Assembly (NCBI GenBank): GCA_025450725.1
Contig: JANWLQ010000087.1
Location: 14-24,013 of the forward strand
Reading direction: 5' to 3'
DNA length: 24,000 nucleotides
Source of the DNA: Terriglobales bacterium
GTDB taxonomy: Bacteria; Acidobacteriota; Terriglobia; Terriglobales; SCQP01
Part shown: positions 16,527 through 24,000 of the stretch, piece by piece
How the letters are laid out: every line of letters starts with the position of its first letter
Position numbering within the stretch: position 1 is the stretch's first letter
Notes under the pieces: model-generated
Databases searched by the model: none
Told to the model about the DNA's origin: nothing
The model's input: only the letters and a program-made list of their open reading frames with translations
Translations under genes and position numbers: made by a program

Positions 16527-19196
16527 CTACTCGTGACGCAGAGCGACGACTGGATCAGCCCCTAGAGCCTGGCGCGCGGCGCTGAAACCGGCGGCCAAGG
16601 CCACCGCCAACAGCAGCAGTGGCACGGTTGTATCAACAATGCCGTCCCATGGACTCACGCCGTAAAGTATGTTCGCGAGGCTGACAGCGCCAGCGGTGGC
16701 GGCGATGATTCCGATGGCCGCACCTGTCGCCGCCCCGGTTAAGACGGGAACCATCGTCTGGCGGAGCAACATACGCATCAGGCCGGCTCGATCGGCGCCG
16801 AGCGCCATGCGAACGCCGAGTTCGTGACGGCGCGCGGCCACCCTGGCCGTGACCATGCCGAAAATGCCGAGCGTGGCCAACAGCAGCGCCAATCCACCGA
16901 GAGCCGCCGACAGCACCGCAGCCACGCGGGTAGGGGCGCGCCAGCCCTCGAGGTTGGACTCCAAGGGACTAACGGTCGCAGCAAGGTTTGGGTCCAACTG
17001 ATGCAACGTGCCGAGGAGAGCGGCCGTCTGGGCATTGCCCGACCAGCGCACCAGCCATTGCACGTCGCGCATCTGCGCCGCGCTTGCGGGCCAGAATACA
17101 TACGGGGCATCCGACACTCCCAAGGAAGAGAGCTGGGCATCGGCAGTAACGCCAATGACGGTCCAGGCGGTTTTGCCGCGGTACAATATGGCGCCGACGG
17201 CGGGCACGCCAGGCCACAGGCGCCGCGCCGCCGCCTGATTGACGATCACGACTTTGGCATCGGCGGCAACCTCGGCGGGAGTGAAGCTTCTTCCGCGCCG
17301 CAGCGCGACGCCGAGCAGGGAAAAATAATCGCCGGAGACGAAGCTGTAATCCAGCTGCAATCTCCGATCGCCGGCACGCGCGCTGACGCCGGTGACCGAG
17401 CGCGAACCACCCAATGGAATGATCGAAGTTTGAGCGGCGCCGCTCACGCCGGCGAGGGTGCGCAGACGTTCGCCAATGCGCCTTTGCAGTAACGCTGCCC
17501 GAACCTGATCATAGCCCGCGGCGGGCAGGTCGAGCGTCACGGCGCTGACCTGGCGAGTGGCAAATCCGGGGTTGACTTCACGGGCGCGGATGAATACGCG
17601 CAGCAATAGCCCGGTTACAAGGAGCAACACCATACAGCCTGCCACTTGTGTGCCCACCAGAATGCCGCGGAGCCGGCCGCCGGAGGGAGGCTGATCAAGC
17701 GATTCCTTCACGGCTAGGTTCAGCTTCGCTCCGGCAACGCGCAACGCCGGAGCCAAGCCGACGAGGCCAACGGTGAGGAGCGACAGCCCGAGAACAAAGA
17801 GCCAAACGCGACTATCGGCGGCAGCGGGGAGGGACAGGTTCAGATCATCGGCACCAACATGCCTGACCACCAAACGCAGCAGCGGCATCGCGGTGACCGC
17901 CGCCACCCAGCCGCCGATCGCGCCTCCAATCGCGGCCAACAGGAAATTCTCGGCCAGGAGTTGGCGAACAATTCTGGCGCGGGTCGCTCCCAGGGCCAGA
18001 CGCATCGCCACCTCCCGCTGCCGGGCCAAACCGCGAGCCAGAAGCAGCGCGGCGAGATTGGCGCACGCCAGAAGCAAGATCATCCCCGTCGCGGCCAGCA
18101 TGACGCCGGCGATTACGTTCAGCGGGGTGCGCATTGATGCCATGGATGCGCGGGTTGCGGGCTCGATCCGCACTGAGGTCAAGCGCCCCGCCTGGCGCGA
18201 GTTCAAACGGGCGGCGATGGTTGCCATGTCGGCCGCCGCCTGGCGCGCAGTGACGCCGGGGCGGAGGCGACCGAGCATGCCCAGCCAACTAAGGTTGTCA
18301 TCGGGAATCCAGTCATGGCCGGCATCGGCGGCCGATTGTTCCTCAATAGGCGCCCAGAACTGGGATGCCACCGCGAGCGTGCCGCCGAATTTCTCCGGCG
18401 CCACGCCCACGACCTCGAACTGAGTATGGTTGAGCGTGAGTTGCCGGCCCAACACCGCGCCGCCGCCCAGTTGGCGCTGCCAAAACTCGTGGCTAATTAC
18501 AAGCACTGGCGCTGGATGGGAACAGTCGGCGGCACTTAGGCCGCGCCCGATGGCGATGGCGACGCCCAGCACAGTGAAGTAGTTGCAACTCACCAACGTG
18601 CCGGAGATCGGGCGCGGCGTTGCTGTCATCCACTCCGCGCTGACCATTGGTTCGTAAGCGGCGAGGCCGCTGAATACGTGGTTCTGGCCTGCGTAGAGCT
18701 GATACTCGGACAGCGAGACAAACGCGGCGTCGTCACGCACGTCGCGGGCGACATCATTACCGTGACTGTTGCGCAGGATCTGGCTCACCGCCATGACCTG
18801 GCTGGGCTGCGCGACCGGCAGCGGACTCAGCACAGCCGCGTCGAACAGCGTGAAGATGGCGGTGTTCATGCCGATGCCCAGCGCCAGCGTGGCGACCGCC
18901 ACCAGCGTGAAAACAGGGGAACGGCGCAAGCCGCGGAAGCCAAAGCGAACATCCTGAACGAACTCATGAAAGTAACGGGCGGTACTCATGTCGTGGCACT
19001 CCTGCGCAATTTGTTCGAAGCCGCCGAAATCTATGCTGGCGGCGCGCCGCGCCTCGTCCTGAGGCATTCCGGCGGCGCGATGCAGCGCCACTTGGCGCTC
19101 CCAATGCTGCCGCAACTCATCCGCCAATTCCCGTTCCCGCCGCCTGCGTCCGAGGAGGGCGGTGAGGAAACTCCAGATCCGCAACGCTAATCGCAC
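16527..19196 (-). CDS. ADOP-family duplicated FtsX/MacB-type permease with N-terminal permease-prefix extension
   Basis: 889 aa. N-terminal RRRERELADELRQHWERQ...GMPQDEARRAA..FGGFEQIAQECHD..FVQDVRFGFRGLRRSPVFT is typical of ADOP proteins that follow a PadR gene. Motifs REVAMRLALGA and RHELGVRMALGA. Ends DPVVALRHE. GTG start overlaps the padR 3' end by 10 bp. Confidence 0.9.
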   Translation of the reverse strand: MRLALRIWSFLTALLGRRRRERELADELRQHWERQVALHRAAGMPQDEARRAASIDFGGFEQIAQECHDMSTARYFHEFVQDVRFGFRGLRRSPVFTLVAVATLALGIGMNTAIFTLFDAAVLSPLPVAQPSQVMAVSQILRNSHGNDVARDVRDDAAFVSLSEYQLYAGQNHVFSGLAAYEPMVSAEWMTATPRPISGTLVSCNYFTVLGVAIAIGRGLSAADCSHPAPVLVISHEFWQRQLGGGAVLGRQLTLNHTQFEVVGVAPEKFGGTLAVASQFWAPIEEQSAADAGHDWIPDDNLSWLGMLGRLRPGVTARQAAADMATIAARLNSRQAGRLTSVRIEPATRASMASMRTPLNVIAGVMLAATGMILLLACANLAALLLARGLARQREVAMRLALGATRARIVRQLLAENFLLAAIGGAIGGWVAAVTAMPLLRLVVRHVGADDLNLSLPAAADSRVWLFVLGLSLLTVGLVGLAPALRVAGAKLNLAVKESLDQPPSGGRLRGILVGTQVAGCMVLLLVTGLLLRVFIRAREVNPGFATRQVSAVTLDLPAAGYDQVRAALLQRRIGERLRTLAGVSGAAQTSIIPLGGSRSVTGVSARAGDRRLQLDYSFVSGDYFSLLGVALRRGRSFTPAEVAADAKVVIVNQAAARRLWPGVPAVGAILYRGKTAWTVIGVTADAQLSSLGVSDAPYVFWPASAAQMRDVQWLVRWSGNAQTAALLGTLHQLDPNLAATVSPLESNLEGWRAPTRVAAVLSAALGGLALLLATLGIFGMVTARVAARRHELGVRMALGADRAGLMRMLLRQTMVPVLTGAATGAAIGIIAATAGAVSLANILYGVSPWDGIVDTTVPLLLLAVALAAGFSAARQALGADPVVALRHE

Positions 19197-19519
19197 CGCA
19201 GCACCAATCCGATGGCGGAGGAGAGGCGTTCCCAGTGGTCGCGTTCGCGTTCCAGGTAGGCGCGCCCAGGACGGGTAAGGGAGTAGAATTTGGCGCGGCG
19301 GTTATTTTCCGAATCGCCCCAAGCCGCGCGCACCCAACCCTGCGCCTCGAGCCGCTGCAGGGCGGGATAGAGGGCGCCCTGGCGAACTTGCAGCACTTCG
19401 CGGGAAACTAGATGGATGCGCTGCGCGATTCCCCAGCCATGCATTGGCTCGAGCGCCAAAATTCGCAAGATCAGCAGGTCCAGCGTTCCTTGTACAAGTT
19501 CTGTGGGTTTGCCCATCAT
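19187..19519 (-). CDS. PadR-family transcriptional regulator
   Basis: 110 aa. GTLDLLILRILALEPMHGWGIAQRI...GALYPALQRLEAQGWV...RRAKFYSLTRPG is the winged-helix PadR signature. Confidence 0.92.
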   Translation of the reverse strand: MMGKPTELVQGTLDLLILRILALEPMHGWGIAQRIHLVSREVLQVRQGALYPALQRLEAQGWVRAAWGDSENNRRAKFYSLTRPGRAYLERERDHWERLSSAIGLVLRCD

Positions 19520-19546
19520 TTCGGCCCAAAACTAGCGGCGCTCTCC

Positions 19547-19587
19547 TGTCAACTATTGACAATAGGCCGACAATGGACAGTTGTCAA
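19547..19587 (-). promoter_or_regulatory. predicted padR-ADOP promoter with overlapping palindromic operator candidates
   Basis: Minus strand reads TTGACA (19587-19582), 17 nt, TATTGT (19564-19559). Perfect inverted repeat TGTCAA-cta-TTGACA at 19547-19561. Second inverted repeat TTGACAA (19556-19562) / TTGTCAA (19581-19587). Confidence 0.45.
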
Positions 19588-19683
19588 GAGGCTCGCCTCC
19601 CTTTGCTCCAACCCGCCGCGACTCCCCACCCCGCAACCCAAAGCGGTTGCGTGGGCCCCGGTCCGCGATGCTGCGTCGCTCCA

Positions 19684-19741
19684 CCCCAGAACGGAAGACG
19701 GTTCTGGGGACCCCGGCCTGGGACCGTCTTCGTGAAGACGG
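19684..19741. other. pair of stable hairpins with a shared 8-mer that allows mutually exclusive pairing
   Basis: CCCCAGAAC (19684-19692) / GTTCTGGGG (19701-19709) with loop GGAAGACG. CCGTCTTC (19724-19731) / GAAGACGG (19734-19741). The first loop's GAAGACG can also pair with CCGTCTTC. Confidence 0.3.
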
Positions 19742-19870
19742 GGTGGCAAATCCGGCGGAATTCGATTGACGGCAGCGGGCCGCCCTTCGGAAATTCGCGG
19801 CCTTCCACCTCGATCTCCTCCTTGAAGGACTCGGTGGCAGCCTGCGACCGGCCGCCCGTGCTGTTGCAAT

Positions 19871-20194
19871 TTATTCATGGCGGAGCGCTACGAGCGGGTC
19901 GTCGTTGGCGGCGCGGCGGGCGGGCAAATAGCTGGCTAATGCTGCCGCGGCTAGCAGCAGCAAGGGGGCGAGGACGAAAACAATGGGGTCGACGCTCACG
20001 TCAACCACCATGGACGACAACAGGCCGGAAAGCATGAGGGCCATTACGACGGTTGCAATGGCGCCGGCGGCGCCGACCCAGATTGCATGGCCGACAATAT
20101 CGCCCACGAGCCTTCGGCGCGTTGCACCCAGCGCCATGTGGATGCCGATCTCGCGGCACCCTCGGGCGACGGCAAGGTCGCGCAGAAGGTGCAT
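19871..20194 (-). pseudogene. remnant of an ADOP/FtsX-family permease, C-terminal about 100 aa only
   Basis: CREIGIHMALGA...ASYLPARRAANDDPLVALRHE aligns with the last FtsX module of both intact ADOP genes (RHELGVRMALGA...DPVVALRHE). No upstream permease sequence exists, because the divergent gene starts 57 bp away. Confidence 0.6.
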
Positions 20195-20251
20195 ACGTCT
20201 TATGATTCCACCGAACGCCCGGAAAGTATTGCTTTGTGGTAACCTCGCGCC

Positions 20252-23200
20252 ATGTCGCCTCGAACTGTTCTTTTTTCACTGGCGGTGCTGGGAGTTTTGG
20301 GCGTGGCCCAGGCTCCGGCGCCGGCTGCCTATAGCCAGATGCAGTATCGCTACATTGGTCCGGTGGGAAACCGAACTGATGCGGTGGCCGGCATTCCCGG
20401 CAATTCCGACATTTACTATGTCGGGTCGGCCTCGGGGGGCATATTCAAGACGACGGATGGCGGCATCCACTGGGCGCCGATTTTTGACGCCGAGCCGGCG
20501 CAATCCATCGGCTCGCTGGCGGTCGCGCCCTCCGACGTGAACACCGTGTGGGCAGGCACCGGCGAGTCGTTCATCCGCAGCCACATTTCGATTGGCGACG
20601 GCATTTATAAATCCACCGACGCGGGCGTGACCTGGCAGCACGTGGGCCTGGACAAGACGGGGCGCATTGGACGCATCGTGATTGATCCGCGCGACCCGAA
20701 CACGGTGCTCGCTTGCGCGCAGGGGACCGACTACGGTCCGCAGCAGGAGCGGGGCGTTTACCGCACGACCGACGGCGGCGCCAACTGGACGCGGACGCTG
20801 TTCGTGGACGAGAACACCGGCTGCAGCGACATCGCCATGGACCCGCACAATCCGCGGATCTTGTTTGCCGGGACGTGGCAGGTTGTGATTCATCCCTGGG
20901 GCCGGAACAGCGGCGGGCCGGGCAGCGGTGTGTTCCGCTCGACCGATGGCGGGGCGACGTGGACGCGGATCGAAGGCCACGGGCTGCCGCGCTCGCCGTT
21001 GGGTAAGATCGGACTCTCCATCGCGCCGAGCGATTCGTCGAGAGTGTATGCGCTGATTGAGACGGGCGATGGCGTTCCGGAGAACGGGGTGCCGACGCAA
21101 CTTGGGCAGTTGTGGAGTTCGAGCAACGGCGGCGAGACCTGGACGATGGTTTCGACCGATCGCGAGATGCGCAGCCGGACGCACTATTACACACGCGATG
21201 CGGTGTCGAGCGACAATCCCAACGAGGTTTACTTTCTGGGGAACTCGTTCACGCGCACGCTCGATGGCGGGCGCACGCTGACGCCGATGCCGGCTGGGCC
21301 GGGCGGCGACACGCACGACATGTGGATTGACCCGACCAACGCCAACCATATCGCGGTGGCGCTGGACAGCGGCATCAGCCTGTCGGTGGACCATGGACGG
21401 AGTTGGAATCACGTGCGGCTGGCCAACGGGCAGATGTACCACGTCACGGTGGACGACCAGATTCCCTACAACGTTTACGGCAACGAGCAGGACACCGGCT
21501 CGTATGAAGGGCCGAGCCGCACCGGCGCAGCGGGCGGGGGCGGACGCGGAGGCGGCGCGGGCCGGGGCAGCTCGATCGCCATGGGCGCTTGGCATACGGT
21601 GGGCGGCGGCGAGGCGGGATTCGCGACGCCGGATCCGAAGGACAACAACATCGTTTGGTCGAGCGGCACGGGGTCGGGATCGATCGGCGGCGTGGTGACG
21701 GTGTACGACCAGCGCAATGGCCAGGAGCGGAACGTCGAGGTGTGGCCGGTGCAAACGGCGGGCGCTCCGGCATCGGCGGTGAAGTACCGCTTCAATTGGG
21801 AATTCCCGATCACCATCTCGCCCTTCGATCACAATCGGGTGTACGTGGGCAGCCAGTTCGTGCACGTGACCACCGACGGCGGCAATAGCTGGCAGGTAAT
21901 CTCGCCCGACCTGACGCTAAATGACAAATCGAAGATGGGCATTTCCGGCGGACTGACGCCGGATAACATTGGCGTCGAGTATGCGGGCGTGGTTTTCTCG
22001 ATCGCGGAATCGCCCAAGCAGCAGGGGCTGATTTGGGCGGGGACCAACGACGGCCAGGTGCAGTTGACCAAAGATGGGGGGAAGAACTGGACCAACCTGA
22101 CCAGCCGCTTGCCCGACTTGCCGGCGTGGGGGACGATTGACAACATCGAGCCCTCGACCTTCGACGTGAACACGGCCTATTTGACGGTGGACCTGCATCA
22201 GATGGACAACCGCGATCCTTTTGTTTACGCGACCCACGACATGGGACAGACGTGGACGAAGATCACGAACGGCATTCCGCATACCGCGCTGAGCTATGCG
22301 CATTGCGTGATCGAAGACCCGGCGCGCCAGGGGCTGCTGTACCTGGGGACCGAGGGCGGGATTTTCGTGTCGTTCGACTCGGGCGCCAACTGGCAGCCGC
22401 TGCAGATGAATCTTCCGCACGCGCCGGTGTACTGGCTGACGCTGCAGAACCATTTTCACGATCTGGTGGTCGCGACCTACGGACGCGGCTTCTGGATTCT
22501 TGACGACTTGACGCCGCTCGAGCAGTACACGCCGGCGGTGGCGAGCGCCGAGAGTCATCTGTTTAAGCCTCGGGACGAGTACCGCTTCCGCGGCGGGGTG
22601 GCGCCGGTGACGGTGACCTACGACGCGAGCGCGGGGCAGAACCCGCCCGGCGGCGCGACGTTTGACTACTACCTGAAGTCGGCCGCGCGCGGCGTGAAAC
22701 TGACGATAAAAGATGCGAGCGGCGCCGAGGTGGCTACGATCACCGGCACCGGACGCGCGGGGATTAACCGGGTTTGGTGGAACCTGCGGACGACGCCGGG
22801 CGCGCTGGTGCGGCTGCGCACGCTGTCGCCGTACGCGCCGGAGCTGACGCTCAACGCCGAGGGATGGCGCGCCGCGCCGAACAACCGCGCCATGAGCATG
22901 CTGGCGCCGCCGGGGACGTACACGGTCACGCTTTCAACCGGTGGTGAATCCCAAAGCTTCAACTTGCTGAAGGATCCGCACTCGACCGGAACGCTGGCCG
23001 ATATCGCCACGCAAACCAAGTTGGCGCGCGCGATCGAAGGCGAGGCGGCGACGGTGACCGAGACGATCAATGAGATGGAGATGATCCGCGCCCAGTTGGC
23101 GATGGTGCGGCAAGCGATGGCGCCGGGCAGCGGTAGCGACCCGCTGCGGACATCGGCCTCGGCGCTCGACACGAAGCTGGTGACGCTCGAGGGCGATCTC

Positions 23201-23485
23201 TACAACACCAAGGCGACGGGCAAGGGCGAGGACCAATGGCGGTGGGAGCCGACGTTGATTGACAAGCTGAGCTACCTGGAGAGCGAAGTCACGAGTTCGG
23301 ACTTCGCCCCGACCACGCAGCAGGTGGAGGTCAACCAGGAACTGGCGCGACAGGTGACCAGTCATCGGCAGCAGTTGAACCAGATCGTCGCGAAAGATGT
23401 CGTGGCGTTCAACGATTCGCTCAAAGCCAAGGGCATCACCGGCGGCGTGATCGCGGCCACGGAAACTGCAGGCGGCAGGCAGTAA
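20252..23485 (+). CDS. secreted sortilin/VPS10-like tandem beta-propeller protein with BNR/Asp-box repeats (GH74-like fold, unknown substrate)
   Basis: Signal peptide MSPRTVLFSLAVLGVLGVAQA. About 10 Asp-box motifs (KTTDGGIHW, KSTDAGVTW, RTTDGGANW, RSTDGGATW, SSNGGETW, VDHGRSW, TTDGGNSW, TKDGGKNW, THDMGQTW, SFDSGANW). Helical C-terminal region of about 200 aa. Confidence 0.85.
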   Translation: MSPRTVLFSLAVLGVLGVAQAPAPAAYSQMQYRYIGPVGNRTDAVAGIPGNSDIYYVGSASGGIFKTTDGGIHWAPIFDAEPAQSIGSLAVAPSDVNTVWAGTGESFIRSHISIGDGIYKSTDAGVTWQHVGLDKTGRIGRIVIDPRDPNTVLACAQGTDYGPQQERGVYRTTDGGANWTRTLFVDENTGCSDIAMDPHNPRILFAGTWQVVIHPWGRNSGGPGSGVFRSTDGGATWTRIEGHGLPRSPLGKIGLSIAPSDSSRVYALIETGDGVPENGVPTQLGQLWSSSNGGETWTMVSTDREMRSRTHYYTRDAVSSDNPNEVYFLGNSFTRTLDGGRTLTPMPAGPGGDTHDMWIDPTNANHIAVALDSGISLSVDHGRSWNHVRLANGQMYHVTVDDQIPYNVYGNEQDTGSYEGPSRTGAAGGGGRGGGAGRGSSIAMGAWHTVGGGEAGFATPDPKDNNIVWSSGTGSGSIGGVVTVYDQRNGQERNVEVWPVQTAGAPASAVKYRFNWEFPITISPFDHNRVYVGSQFVHVTTDGGNSWQVISPDLTLNDKSKMGISGGLTPDNIGVEYAGVVFSIAESPKQQGLIWAGTNDGQVQLTKDGGKNWTNLTSRLPDLPAWGTIDNIEPSTFDVNTAYLTVDLHQMDNRDPFVYATHDMGQTWTKITNGIPHTALSYAHCVIEDPARQGLLYLGTEGGIFVSFDSGANWQPLQMNLPHAPVYWLTLQNHFHDLVVATYGRGFWILDDLTPLEQYTPAVASAESHLFKPRDEYRFRGGVAPVTVTYDASAGQNPPGGATFDYYLKSAARGVKLTIKDASGAEVATITGTGRAGINRVWWNLRTTPGALVRLRTLSPYAPELTLNAEGWRAAPNNRAMSMLAPPGTYTVTLSTGGESQSFNLLKDPHSTGTLADIATQTKLARAIEGEAATVTETINEMEMIRAQLAMVRQAMAPGSGSDPLRTSASALDTKLVTLEGDLYNTKATGKGEDQWRWEPTLIDKLSYLESEVTSSDFAPTTQQVEVNQELARQVTSHRQQLNQIVAKDVVAFNDSLKAKGITGGVIAATETAGGRQ

Positions 23486-23600
23486 GCCGCGGTCGTCGAA
23501 AAAGGGCTCGGAATGTCCAGTTTTCGGCTGGATTTGCAAGCGGCGCTAGCACCGAGCACTTGACGAGGCATGGCTCCCCTACGCGCTCGGGCGCTTCGGG

Positions 23601-23700
23601 GGGCCGGGCGAGAAACTGTCTCGGTGAGACAATTCAACTCCTGCTCTGGATTGGGTTTAGCCCTTTCAGGATGGGTCTGGTAGAGACGACAAGTTGCGCC
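23601..23700. repeat. copy 1 of a paralogous about 100-bp non-coding element (candidate structured RNA or protein-binding module)
   Basis: Aligns without gaps to 23841-23940, with about 72 of 100 positions identical. The core 23606-23670 is about 80% identical. Contains hairpin TGTCTC(23617-23622)-ggt-GAGACA(23626-23631). Confidence 0.6.
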
Positions 23701-23812
23701 GCAGGTTCCTGTATTCTTGCTCGCATCTACCCCAGTGTCGAGATGCGACAGGTTTGGCGGAAATGAGTTTCCGTGTCTCAGTTTTGGCGAGCACTCGAAA
23801 GTGAATTCGCAC

Positions 23813-23830
23813 GAAATTGGGGAAATTGGG
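23813..23830. repeat. perfect tandem 9-mer GAAATTGGG x2, with a third GAAATTG at 23852-23858
   Basis: Read directly from the sequence. Lies just upstream of repeat copy 2. Confidence 0.7.
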
Positions 23831-23840
23831 TTCGATGTGT

Positions 23841-23940
23841 GAGCAGGGCGGGAAATTGTCCGAGTGAGACAATTTAACTCGTGCTCTTGGTTGGGTTTAG
23901 TCCCCTCAGGATACGGTCGGATGGGACGGTAAGCGGTGGC
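23841..23940. repeat. copy 2 of the paralogous about 100-bp non-coding element
   Basis: Offset is exactly 240 bp from copy 1. Identical GGTTGGGTTTAG / TTGGGTTTAG core. Hairpin AATTGTC(23854-23860)...GACAATT(23868-23874). Confidence 0.6.
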
Positions 23941-24000
23941 GCGGAGACGCGCGTAAACTTGTCCTCCGCGGTGTGCCAGTTGGAACCGTCCCATTCGCAT

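Noticed and set aside
19549-19878. 109-aa minus-strand ORF and 197-aa plus-strand ORF (19444..20037) in the padR upstream spacer
   Set aside because: Their composition is Arg/Pro/Gly-rich with no motifs. They overlap the predicted promoter/operator and the hairpins, and the plus-strand ORF runs antisense into padR and the permease remnant.
23775-23845. tRNA-like fragments (CTCAGTTTTGGCGAGCAC resembling a D-arm and GGGTTCGATG resembling a T-loop)
   Set aside because: No acceptor stem, no 7-nt anticodon loop and no complementary T-stem can be drawn. At best this is a decayed relic.
23868-23897. Integron attC-like core sites (ATTTAAC matching RYYYAAC and GTTGGGT matching GTTRRRY) in repeat copy 2
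   Set aside because: The two sites are only 11 nt apart, far shorter than any attC. Copy 1 has ATTGGGT instead of GTTRRRY. No integrase or cassette organisation is visible.
23362-24000. 212-aa minus-strand ORF spanning the whole right-hand intergenic region
   Set aside because: It overlaps the 3' end of the Asp-box gene and has no recognisable motifs. Its internal peptide repeat merely mirrors the DNA repeat, and differences between the DNA copies show no codon periodicity. The region has non-coding-like lower GC.
1-24000. Search for CRISPR arrays, IS elements or transposases, phage genes, toxin-antitoxin pairs and classical defence systems
   Set aside because: No regularly spaced short repeats and no DDE, serine or tyrosine recombinase-like ORFs were seen. 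No small paired ORFs typical of TA modules were seen either. The only rearrangement evidence is the truncated permease at 19871..20194.

Overview
High-GC (about 65%) bacterial chromosomal window. It is most likely Acidobacteriota, inferred from two full ADOP-type duplicated FtsX/MacB permeases plus one fragment, one of them in the classic PadR-ADOP pairing. Left to right: (1) the tail of an Ig-like repeat surface protein. (2) A minus-strand LPS inner-core operon of overlapping genes: gmhB, hldA, hldC, a GT9 heptosyltransferase and an unusual ICMT-like methyltransferase::DUF3108 fusion. (3) A stripped-down division cluster murC-ftsQ-ftsA with no ddl, murB or ftsZ. (4) In the slot where ftsZ is expected, a 581-aa multi-cluster radical SAM enzyme resembling archaeal tetraether lipid synthase (Tes/GDGT-MAS). 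It is a candidate membrane-spanning/brGDGT lipid synthase and the most interesting gene here. (5) An accessory block: an ADOP permease translationally coupled to a secreted amidase-signature enzyme, an NRAMP homologue with a non-canonical metal site, a PadR-ADOP operon with a readable promoter/operator, and a truncated permease remnant. (6) A 1077-aa sortilin/VPS10-like Asp-box propeller protein. (7) A lower-GC non-coding tail holding two about 100-bp paralogous structured elements exactly 240 bp apart. No rRNA, tRNA, CRISPR array or transposase was recognised. All family assignments come from motif recognition by eye and need HMM or BLAST confirmation.
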